This document shows, piece after piece, positions 1 to 11,197 of a stretch of DNA of 39,012 nt (its first letter is position 1; the number at the start of each line of letters is the position of its first letter). A program made the translations under genes and the position numbers. This stretch comes from Bigelowiella natans CCMP2755. Lineage: Eukaryota > Protista > Cercozoa. The stretch lies in assembly GCA_000320545.1 (NCBI GenBank), contig ADNK01003287.1, forward strand, positions 1-39,012, read 5' to 3'. The notes below the pieces were generated by a model that was not told the DNA's origin, ran no database searches, and saw only the letters and a list, made by a program, of their open reading frames with translations.

Positions 1-30
1 AATGTTCAACAAGGAACTATCGGTATTTAC

Positions 31-69
<39 letters not shown>

Positions 70-115
70 TAATTTTCATAAATTTGTCCTTCTTTGTTCT
101 TTTGAATGTGATTAG

Positions 116-321
116 AACCCATCTTGCATTGATCTTTCCCTGATCATCTCTTCCTCTTATCGAGCAACAACGAAGGCCCACACAGAAGGGGTATTTATTA
201 TGTTTATTGCACAGGAGCTTGTTAAGGAGGATAATGATGATTATGATGATGATGGTGATAATAATGATGATGATCTGCATATATAGTAGTACTATGCTGT
301 ACCCCTCACCACCATCATCAC

Positions 322-352
<31 letters not shown>

Positions 353-559
353 GACTAATGATTCAATTGTGCTGCTGCGACAACAAAAACAACAACAGTG
401 ATATCGGCGAAATGGGAGGGAGATTAGCATCTGAAATAGTTGAATTCATTGTGGAGAACTGCCCTCTTGGATTCAAGTACGTTAGTAGTAAGAGGAGGAG
501 GAACAACACATTATTTGTTACTGTTTTGTTGTCGTTGTCCAAACAGCGACGACTACATA

Positions 560-598
<39 letters not shown>

Positions 599-1035
599 GG
601 AAAGGAAGAGGAGGAGGAGGAGGAGGAGGAGGAGGGAGAATAAGAGAGCATGATGATCTTGAGAAGAATGACGATGATGTTTGATGAACAATACGCTGCT
701 TGCTGTTGAAGCCGTTGTTGTAGTGTGTGGTTGATTCCGTACATTGTTCTTAAGTAGTAGTAGTAGTAGTAATAGTAACCCTAATACCATTTCTTCCTCT
801 TCCCCTTCCTCCTTTGTTCCCTTTCTAATTCTTTCATCTTCTTCTTTTTCTTCTCAATGTTCACTGACTTGAGTAGGAAGCTTAGCATTGTAGCGCACTC
901 ACTAGGAGGCCTAATAGCTCGAGCTGCATTAGCAAAGTAATGACAAGAAGAAAAAGGAAAAAATCTTGATGATCATTATCATGCTCTCTATTCCTCTTTA
1001 CTACTACTATTACTACGAACATTACTACTACTACT

Positions 1036-1070
<35 letters not shown>

Positions 1071-1113
1071 CACTAATGATGAGTAATGAATAATGATAGT
1101 CCTCATTAAATGT

Positions 1114-1155
<42 letters not shown>

Positions 1156-1652
1156 ACTTACTTATCAATGATGATTGATCAGGAAGGAGATGGAACCGTA
1201 CCTATCCCGACTACACACCTTCATGTCCTTGGCATCTCCTCACTGCGGGTGGGTAGGTTGGTTGCTGTCGTGTGCGTGTGCGTGTGCGTGTATGTTAGCG
1301 AGTACTATGTGTGTTGGGTAGAGTTAAATGCCGATAATAATACATTATCGATCTTCCTCACTCGCTGTACTAGTGTTGTTTTATATGTTTGATTCGTTTG
1401 TTTGTGTGTTGTTGTTGTTGTTGTTGTTATTGTTGTTGCCCCTCCTTGGATCTTTACCGGTGGTAACTTGTTTTCTCTCTCTCCCTCTCCCTCTTCTAAC
1501 TTAATGATCACAGATACATGTACAGTAAAAATACGGTATTAGAGACCGGAATATGGGTTTTAAAGAAATGGAGCAAGAGTCTTTGCCTCACGCAGCTTAG
1601 CATGACTGATGATCCCAATCCTGAGAAGTGTTTCGTCTACAAATTGAGGTAC

Positions 1653-1688
<36 letters not shown>

Positions 1689-1981
1689 AAGTAGTTTCAA
1701 CAAGCGCCTCTTTCAATGTAGTAGTAGTAGTGTTGTTTGTTTTTATTTCCTTCCATGAGTGGATTGTAGTATTATTATTATTATTAGTAGTAGTAGTAGT
1801 AGTAGGGCAAACCATCATCATCATCACCATCATCATCATCACCAACAGCAGCAATTTGATCATCATCACCATCATCATCATGATTATATAGTAAGCAGAG
1901 AGGTCTGGAACACTTCCAAAATTGTCTTCTTCTGGTACGTTGTGCTTGTTGCTGCTGCTATCGCTATTATGGGGGATGATG

Positions 1982-2026
<45 letters not shown>

Positions 2027-2626
2027 AAATAGAGCCAGGGAGTGAGAAAACCATGATTATCATGATGATGAATCCATTATCTTTTACTGTTGTTCTTTTT
2101 TTTCATGATCATCGTGTTCTTCTTGTTCGTCTTAGGCGTCTCAACAAGATTATTATTCCCCTTTCCACTCCTCTCGAATCGAGTTACATCATGATGCGCT
2201 GAGATCGCAGAAACATGGCAAGGTAAACAACAACGAACAAGAACAAGAACAAGATGAAGAATAGAAACGACGATACACACATACGTCGTTCAAATAATAT
2301 CCTCTGTTTGAGGTACTTTATGCGAGGATTGTGATTAAAGATATGCACATGATGTTACATACTGGCAGATCTACACTTCTATGGTGCAGAATTTATTGAA
2401 ACCTCTCAAACGGCCGATTAGACGATACAATGTATCTTTCGTCAACAAGAAAACAAATCTGGACAGGTATTATTAACGATGCATGGGAGGGAGGGGGGGG
2501 ATTTCTAATGTGGATTTTTCGATTGATCGATGATGATGATGATGATTGTGATGGTGAGTGTTCTCGTCCACGGTGAATTGCAAACATACTTAGAGTTGGC
2601 GAGTCATTTTTTTTAAAACAGAGCTT

Positions 2627-2682
<56 letters not shown>

Positions 2683-2783
2683 TTACGATCAGTATCATCG
2701 GCCGAACAGCTCACATCTTATTTCTCGATAACCACTTATATATGGTGATGGTGTGCCATGTCTACAAAAGCTTGTTTGAATAA
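116..2783 (+). CDS. FAM135/DUF676-like putative serine esterase (alpha/beta hydrolase), 5'-partial, about 9 exons
   Basis: Spliced exons read ..HLALIFPDHLFLLSSNNEGHTEG | DIGEMGGRLASEIVEFIVENCPLGFK (~399-477) | KLSIVAHSLGGLIARAALAK (~877-937, nucleophile elbow) | EMEPYLSRLHTFMSLASPHCG | YMYSKNTVLETGIWVLKKWSKSLCLTQLSMTDDPNPEKCFVYKL | KQRGLEHFQNCLLL | ASQQDYYSPFHSSRIE.. | IYTSMVQNLL.. | IIGRTAHILFLD..FE* (TAA 2781-2783). Motif order matches the FAM135 C-terminal lipase domain. The first exon needs homopolymer corrections. Confidence 0.9.
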
Positions 2784-2939
2784 AATTAGCCAGAAGAGTA
2801 GTAGGAGGATGGGGAGAACTTCGAAATCACAATCATCAAATTCGACGTGTACCTCCAACCTCCGCAAATAATATTGATCATCTCTAAGATATTATTTCCT
2901 TATCTAGTTATAATTATTATACGATACTTCCTACTTTAA

Positions 2940-4030
2940 ATGTGCATGCATGTTTTCCGGGTGTTTACAATGCTGCAACACAAATGGAACTATGCATACA
3001 TCTAGACATTGCAATGAAAATGCCGCGATCAATATATCAAAGCGAGCCCAAGCTAGCAAGGCTAGTGTAAGCTGACTGCGGGCGAGGTGTGTACATGAGT
3101 CTCATTAAAATGAAAACATAAATCGAATGCAGCCAGAGGATGTCTTATAGATATCCAGTTTCTTCCGGTTTTGAGGACAAGCGTAGGCATATGCACACAC
3201 GTACGGAAGGGCAAGCATGTCTAGAGGCGCATGATGCATGGCTAGACTAGATGGCATGCTAGCATGCATGATCTAGTCCTGCCGACGCGCGGCAAGCAAG
3301 CTCTCTAGCTCTCTATCGCTCTAGCAGATATTAGAAGCAAGACGACGGGCATACGCACACGTTGCATCTAGCTAGCTAGCTAGGAGAGACGCCACAATCA
3401 ATCATAGTGGCATGCTGCTAGCATGCATGATGTCCGCTCTAGCGCTGCTGTCTGTTAGCTGTTTGACTGTGCTTGAATGATGTGATGGCTTTGTTCTGCT
3501 GTTGGTACGCATTGCACAGCAGCTTCAGCTGACTGGCATTTTTGTGCCAAGTAGCTAGCAATAAGAGCTGATAATTGCAACATGGCTAGATGGCGGCGTC
3601 AGCAATCGCTCGCGCACCTGCGCTGACGACAGGAATCTTGCATCGCATGCGCAACAGGCGTTATGATGAGCAATCATCACATCTGCTAGATGTCCGGGAT
3701 GCATGTCAGCCACATCTAGCTAGCTAGCTAGTTAGGTGTGTTGCCGCTGCTTTGCACAGCTACATTGCATTCGTCTCATGTGTTGCCTAATCTAGTAACA
3801 ATTGCGACGCAATGGCACGCATTCAGTGTGCACATGCACGTGTCTAGCTAGCTAGAGCTAGATGTCTGCGCAGGTATGAAAGCACATTGCATGTAATTGA
3901 ACGAATTTGATTTATTCATCACATTCACATTGCATGCAATGCGAGCATGCAAAGTCGCATCGCAATCGTACATCGTGAATGAAAATACGATGATGTGCCA
4001 TTGAATGCTAGAATGCGCGTGTAGATTGAA
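2940..4030. other. TpA-depleted, CTAG/CATG/TGCA-rich island 1 (convergent intergenic)
   Basis: Dense CTAG, (CTAG)n, GCATGC and TGCA; TAT/TAC/ATA/GTA are scarce relative to the flanks. Lies between stops at 2783 (+) and 4099 (-). Confidence 0.8.
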
Positions 4031-4098
4031 GAAACGGCTATGACAAACCTTGTGGTCATTGTCCAGACGTTGTGCACAAAAAGTGATCTAGTGCTAGC

Positions 4099-5065
4099 TC
4101 AGAACAGGTCGGAAAACAAGCCTTTGAACGAATCCTTCTCACCCACAATGTGCAATTTATCAACCCCTCCATTATCGGCAGCACGGAATTCACGTTGCAT
4201 TGTTCTCAAGGACATTTCCTTGTACTCAGTTTTAAGTTGCTCACATTGACTGTCGAAATACTCTTCGTACAGTTTCAACTCTCTATCTCGTTTTTCCTGC
4301 AGCTCTCTCAGTCTTTGTTCCGTTAACTCCTCCATACTTTCATTCCTTTCGCCTACATTTGTGTCCAAACAATAATGTGACATGAGCAACTTAATAACAT
4401 TGCACTTTTAGTTTTCAAACATTATGCGAAAAAAGACGAGCAGATATTTTTTCGGAAACAGGACGAAAATGCTATTCTGTGGTGCTGCTTCATACAAATA
4501 ACCCAAATGATGATTTCTTTTCATTGACTCGGCTCGATTGCATCTGCTATAATTGCGAAGAATTACAACCTTTGATAGCTCCAATCCTCGCTTCTTTTGC
4601 TTTAGCTGCTTGGTCCGCGGTCATCCGCATTGAAAGCTCTCTGTATCTGTATTAAGAGCAGAAACACAACCGAGAATAAGTACTGAATCCTACTGGCTGG
4701 GATATGCTTTGTATGGTTAATAGTTCATCTTGTTTGTTTGGAAAAAGTAGTCCTGCTGCTGTATTCGTTACTATTACTACTACCTTTGATCTATCTTAGG
4801 CCCAGCAGCAGCTTTTCTGTCTATTGAAAGATGAGAATCTACTTCATCATTCAAAAGTTCATCTACCTCACGTACCTAAAGCAACACAACGGAACAACAG
4901 GGAAAACAACCAAATAAATCATGGTGCTATAAGAGATAGTATGCTAATACATGTATTATCAATCAAATCATACCATTTCTTCGATAGGCTTTATCTGTAG
5001 CTCAAATCTGGGAATATAGATGATATAGGTGTTGAGGTTGCATTCTTTCATATCCTTCCCCCATT

Positions 5066-5116
<51 letters not shown>

Positions 5117-5118
5117 TA

Positions 5119-5162
<44 letters not shown>

Positions 5163-6637
5163 GCTTACAAATGAAGTACTATCTAATGTTATATAGCCAT
5201 CACAGTAAATGATCAGCAGATGCCGTAAAAACTTCTTTTCTGTGTTAGGAATCTTGTGTCTCTCTATTTAATAAGAACCTTTTCTTCTTTTCCTCCAACT
5301 TCTGACGTGCTAAAGCATCGAATTCATTGACTCTAACGAGTTTTATGCCGAGAGCGCCATCAGGAGTAATTTTATCCAAACACGTGGTGTTGAAGCAAGG
5401 ACATCGAAAGAGTCCATCATGTCCCCTTGTCAGCCAGAGGTTCGTGGCGTATATTGTGCCCCTATATATGCATACGTGGTGGTTCAAACCAAAGTATACT
5501 ACCTCAATATTACTGTTACTCCCAGACACTACTACAAGAACTTAATTCACAACGACGACTATGACTACACTTTGATGCCATTAATCGTCACCGTCAATGA
5601 TCGAGAATGTGTGACTAATACTATACTTCTACTTCTACCGAAACTACTCTACTAACAGGGAGGTACAGAGACAATCGTTAACAGAATATTGTACGTGTGT
5701 ACGTGTCAATGTTTTATCTGCCTCTTCCGAGGGTAGATCATTACTTTTTCTCACAATTTGGATTAGGACATTGATATTCTGAAGCCCTGACTGTGCTAAC
5801 ACTCAGCATTTCTCTCATCTTGAATATTCGGAACATCAGCACGTAAACCAGATTCCGAAAATCAAACTTGTAGACCGTTTGGGCCCTCCTACTGCTTCTT
5901 TGCATTGTATCTGATATTTACGACGACTATTAGTGAGATGATGATTATGGATACTGCCTTTTGTCAAGGTGCTGGGTACTGTACACGTACTTCGATACAC
6001 AACTTTTTGTTGGTAAGACAGCTTGTTGTAGTCTCGGCCGTCATCAAGTTCCATGTCTTCTTCTAGGTTTCTGATGATGTAGGTGGGAACAACAGATGGA
6101 TGATTAGCAAAGCCTCTAAGAATTCAAGTAATTATTTTTATGAGGAGGATCAGCCAATGTGCTCTCTGCTCCTCAATATTTTATCTCATCTGCGCTTACT
6201 TTGCCTCCTGCTTGATTATTTTGTCTCTAAGGAGGTCTGAAAGCAGATAGCTTTGCACAACCTAATTCGTAAATTGAGAACAAGTTTACACAATTGCTGC
6301 ATGAAATGGAAGTTGCGCCCACCTTTTGGGGCAATTTGAGCTTCGCCGCAAGTTCCTCACCGGTGCAGCTGGAAGAGAGTTAATAATATATGAAAAAGAA
6401 CGTGTTTGCTATCCACTTTTATCGGATTAGACAAGTACCCATTCTTTCCAAAAGCAATGAGATTATTGGCCACAATCATGTGCTTTGGCTCATAGAAGCA
6501 GTACAGCACCCTTTCAACTAGAAGAATTTTTTTTTGATCGATCTCTGAAGTCAGAGCATATTTTCAAACCTTTAGTTTTATGATCAACGTGTAGAAGCGA
6601 AATCGGAAACTGACAAGTTACCTCCCACCCCAGACAT
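4099..6637 (-). CDS. GTF2E1: General transcription factor IIE alpha subunit, multi-exon
   Basis: ATG 6637 MSGVG|EIDQKKILLVERVLYCFYEPKHMIVANNLIAFGKNG|CTGEELAAKLKLPQK|VVQSYLLSDLLRDKIIKQEAK (winged helix) ... VYKFDFRNLVYVLMFRIFKMREMLS..EYQCPNPNCEKK|GTIY..GLFRCPC..C (Zn ribbon) ... R|FELQIKPIEEM (cf. FNEQIEPI). Last exon is in the frame of ORF 4099-4389. Confidence 0.85.
5067..5159. repeat. Compound (CA)n + (TA)n microsatellite in a TFIIE-alpha intron
   Basis: Read directly. Representative of many (TA)n, (CA)n, (GA)n, (TAG)n, (CAT)n, (CAG)n and (GAG)n tracts in the window. Confidence 0.95.
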
Positions 6638-6788
6638 CGTCCTCCTCCCTCCCGAGCGGGTGAGGAGAGATGGATGCGTAATGACAGTCGTACGAGCAAA
6701 TAATCTGTGATGCGAGTACATGTCGCACAATAAAAATACGCTAATTGTCGTACAATTTAAATAGGCTTTTGTCGTCAATAATAATACG
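6638..6788. promoter_or_regulatory. Probable compact bidirectional promoter
   Basis: 151 bp between ATG 6637 (-) and candidate ATG 6789 (+). Each ATG is followed by a short exon and a GT donor. Confidence 0.5.
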
Positions 6789-8485
6789 ATGCTGTCGGAT
6801 CACGAGGAGCATTTTCCGGCAATTCCCAGAAAGTTCTTGGAAGGTATGACAGTCTTTAGTAAACTTGTTTACGTCATGGCTAATATATTGTCGCAAGCAG
6901 GTTTTCAATTGCTTAATAAGCTCAATCTAGACCGGAAAAGTCCCTAATCACTCGTTTGTATTCCCAAACCAAAATTTAAGTGCTCCTTTGCATCCATAAA
7001 TAATCTTGTGGTATAGTACTATTGTGCAGTAGTTTGCTCGATATAGTTGTCGTATCCTAATTTTCACCCTCATAATCGAATTGTAAACAATAGTGGTATG
7101 TCTACCACGGTTTTCTTTTCATCCTAACTTTGCGGATATGTGTCGGGAAGTACCGGTTTACAGATTGATTTTGAATTTAGATTATGTCGTAGTGCAGTTT
7201 CATAGGATATTTCAATTCTTTTAGTAGATACATTTGTACATCCCTAGTTTCAACAACTCTTCTCTGTGCAACCACACACCAGCAGCCTCACACCAAACTG
7301 TAAACGGGCTGCCATTGTCACGCCTACAAAGAAGAGAGGCCAATCAGGCTCAGGTGCGATTGAACATGTGTATATTTATAACAAGTTGGAGGGAGTAAAT
7401 AAATGTGAGAACCTCTATGGGGCTCAGTTTTGTCGTCAACATTCTGTGAGCCATCATCCAATGGTGGACTGCTGTGATTTCATTTTCGCTCGCTGGGGGA
7501 GTATAGTCTTTACCAATCCCAAGTATTGTTCATCTCAGGGATTCGATTCAACTTATTTTTGAAATTTTGGAAACCGTTCATTCTCTGTGCTGGAGATCTT
7601 TTTCGATCCTCCTCACATTACTTGTATATACTTCATGCGGATACATGACTGGATTGTCAATAACACATTCAAAGTGAAAAATGAAACGGGTAGCCAGATC
7701 CGTCTCCACGCATGTTTCCCTTACTGTTTTTTCCTTTGCGTCTTAGAATAGTCACTTTCGACGTTCAAAACCAATGGCCACCTTGGGATTCTTCGAGCGC
7801 TCCAGATTCCACAACAATGAGCAGCACCGGCGCGATTTCGCAGAGCGTCGACACCGACGGCGCATGGGAGCAAGGAAACAGAGGCGCTACCTAAACAGCA
7901 TTCTGCTCATGGGCGATAGACGTAAGCCGTTTGACATGGACATGATTATGTCATCATCCTCCTTTCATACTGCTAAAACCTCACTCGATGAATCAATTTT
8001 CATCGTACCGACACAAGCTTTTGCACTTCACATCCCAACCACTCAATAATTTTCACAGTTGCTGCTGGAGAACTGTCACAAAGTGAAGTTGAGTGCGAGG
8101 AGGAAGAGTTTCCAGGTGCTCACACGTTCCAATCGCACCATTATGAGTATTTTCAATGTGTTGTTTTGATGGATCTGGTCCCCATGCGCCCCTTCCCCCC
8201 CTCCAGACTTCAACGACTGGAAGGGATTTTTTTCATCAGCCAGTCCTGAATTTGTAAATGGAGAAAAAGGAGCAGCACTGGTGAGAGTGCAATGGGGAAG
8301 TGGATTTTTTTTTGTGAAAAAGGGGTGGGGGGACAAGGGAGAGAAAACTCGGGAAAAGTGGGAAAAATAAGGGAGGAGATAGGGTGAGAAGTAGGAAGGT
8401 ATGACTTTCTTCACAAGCGAATGGATAAGTTAGAGTTCTCCCATCAATTGTAGAGAAATAAAGCGACTGCTTACTACTACTACTG

Positions 8486-8522
<37 letters not shown>

Positions 8523-9483
8523 ATGAGCGATTACGCAGCGGCAGCCTGATGAGGAGCCATCCATCTCAATAGAAGACCCTTAATCTTACTTACTTCGGTT
8601 TTACTACCTTGATCCCAGGAATCTTATCGAACAAACTCAAAAGGCCAAGATAAAAAGGAGAAGAGCTCAGGTGGATCATATTCATGTCTCCTTTTAGCCC
8701 CCCTAATTACTACTACTACTACTACTACTATCACGAATAATGCGTGGTCGTCGTAGCTCATCGCAGCCTCCTCCTTTTGCTACACATGGTGCTGCTGCTG
8801 CTGCTACTACTACTACTACTACACAGAGGGGGACATAATTGCGATGCTGAAGAAACGATTGTCCAAGAGCACACGCCGGCTCATTGTACGATCCTGCACC
8901 GACTCCAAGTTCTTTCAAGAGTTTGAAGAGCATGTCGTAGCCTTTAAGGTGGTGATAGTATTATCATCATGTCTTGTCTTACATTATACTTGTTTTCATT
9001 TTAATTGACGAGAACGTCGAACGAAATGCAAAATGATATTTTTCAAAAAATATGTATGAAAGCTTGGGAATGAGAAGACGGAGAAACCTACAACCTTTGA
9101 AGAACCAGACAGAAGGGAAGAGGAGGATCAGGGGCACTGTAATCCACATCTCAAAGTGGGTGAGAAGAGGAGAAAGCTCATGTTCAAAGAATTCGATAGT
9201 TTCCAGCGTTTTCTCGCACACCGAATCGCCAAATTCCACGACGTGCAGTCTGAAAGTAATGATTTACATATTAACAAATACTATGGTATATGTATGCAGA
9301 GAAAGAGCGATGTTCAATGAAATTTTGACCTATAACTATTTTATTTAACTGTCTGTTACTGTCTACCCAGGCATCGCTATCATGGGATGTAAGGGAATGA
9401 AAAATCTTGAGCTTAGCCTCCCTATGTCGACAGAAGGGGAGCAGCATCACAAGTATAGAATACTTGAAGTTCTTGCAAATTAA
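6789..9483 (+). CDS. R3H-domain protein with R3H-associated region (R3HDM4-like); 5' exons uncertain
   Basis: Exons: ..RRMGARKQRRYLNSILLMGDR (~7748-7921); MLKKRLSKSTRRLIVRSCTDSKFFQEFEEHVVAFK (~8827-8948); LMFKEFDSFQRFLAHRIAKFHDVQSES (RxxxH motif, ~9180-9255); last exon SIAIMG..LAN* (TAA 9481-9483). Confidence 0.75.
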
Positions 9484-10837
9484 AGGCAGCTGGAATCTAT
9501 CCATGTAATTACACATTGGATATACAAATAATGTCAAGATTGCAGGATGGCAGCTATACAGAATGATGATTAGAGCAATCTTCGGAAACAATGTGGTTTA
9601 AATAAGCTCTACATATGTATGTTCAGTAGGATTAGAAGTGTTAGAACATTGTACAACAAGATAGCAGGGTCCGATTCCATGATGATTTTAGAGTCTAGTT
9701 AACTTCTCTACACGCACGTGCATCTCTTTTTCCCTATTCAAAGGTGTGTGATGTATCAATCTAATTGTTTACACCGTTCTTTTGGGCAGCTATTTTGCGC
9801 CCAGTTCGCCCTTTCTTTATTTCCTCCGTTGTTTCAAATGCGAATTCCTTTTGAAGGAGCAAATTTACTGTCATAGTTTCTTGGAAGAAATTACAATCGA
9901 ATATGAGTTGTTACAAATACACTACATCTGCGTTGCGTAATGAAGATTGAAATGTAGTGTTATCATTATTAAAAGAATTGCTGCTTTAAACTTTGAACTA
10001 CCCTTCGAACACACACACACACACATGTATATTATATGTACATAGACGCGGTTGATGTGCTCTGCACGTTTGCAGCGCTAGCGCAGGATCCGTGAAAATT
10101 GGGTGCTCCCCTGGCATCAGCAGAGTGCAGCTACTGTGTCAGCGCATGTACAACGCACACACATACACACATGCACACACATGCACATGTACGCATGCAC
10201 GTACATGTACAATGCATGAGCTTGGCACTCAGGCATGATGCGCAAAACCACATGAAAAACAAACGCGACGTGAGGGGATCCTTGCTGCTGCTGTGGATTG
10301 ACGATTGGCTCAGGAAACGTGCTGCTGCCAGATTTGAACTTGGCAGTGCACCATGCATGCATCCGAACACGTGAAATTGTGATTGGAAAGTGGAGTTCCA
10401 GAAGGACCCTCCCTCAGTTGTCATTTGTTCATGACCTGTCATGACATCTAGACATTCATGAACAAAGCGAACCACACTGATTTCCAAGTGCATTGTGACG
10501 ATGCGACATGCCACATGCCACGCGTTTTCACGATTTTGTTTTTGTGCAATTTCCTTGAGCTGTTGAAATCTCAATGCCAGAATGGGAAACAGCTAGAGCT
10601 GCATGACGAGCTAGCTAGCTAGCTCTCATGTGCTCAGAGCTGCAGTGTCGTAGATGAGCGCGCGCATTTGGAATGCGAAGACGATGGTTTCATTGAAAGC
10701 GACACAGTGAGCTCTGCTAGAGCTTGCAAAATTCTCCCGCGTGGAGCAACCTCGCTAGTTGTTCACGTTTGGAAGCACCAAGTTTTAGCTGGCTTGCGGT
10801 AGCTGCTTAGCTTTTGTGCGCGGGACTGTGCTGTTGA

Positions 10838-11197
10838 TGTTGGAAAGTCAACACGCAGTCCTGTGTGCGTTTGAATTCTGATGACCTGAGAACTTGCGCT
10901 GCATGCATGTGCACGTTGGGTTCCGGCGCATTCGCGAAGATTCTCGAATCTTCCAGAATTCTCTCGAATTCTCTGGAAGATTCTCGAAGCTTCCGGAATG
11001 CTCTCAAAGATTCTGGAAGATTCTCGAATCTTCCGGAATGTTCTCGAAGCTTCTGGAAGATTCTCGAAGCTTCTCGAAGATTCCCGAAGTTCTGAGAACT
11101 TCCATGCGCATGTGCGCAGCGCAGCGTGCAGCACGAGTGGACGTGCGCATGCTGCGACAGCTCCTTGATCGTGGGTGGCGCGGCCAGACCGCTGACA
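10838..11197. mobile_element. Putative degenerate solo LTR (about 360 bp)
   Basis: Termini TGTTGG...CTGACA revert to a perfect TGTTAG...CTAACA inverted pair with one TA-to-TG change each. Flanks TTGA/CTGA give a 3/4 match as a target-site duplication. Contains the nGAAn array. Inference only. Confidence 0.35.
10931..11090. repeat. 10-bp minisatellite (TTCnnGAAnn) x16, a tandem heat-shock-element-like array
   Basis: 16 in-register decamers, e.g. ttctcgaatc ttccagaatt ttctcgaagc ttccggaatg ttctggaaga, forming alternating inverted nGAAn pentamers. Confidence 0.9.

Noticed and set aside
17-2280. Many ORFs with polyD/I/M/H/S/V tracts here and throughout the window
   Set aside because: They are translations of intronic trinucleotide and dinucleotide microsatellites. 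The real coding sequence is the spliced exon chain.
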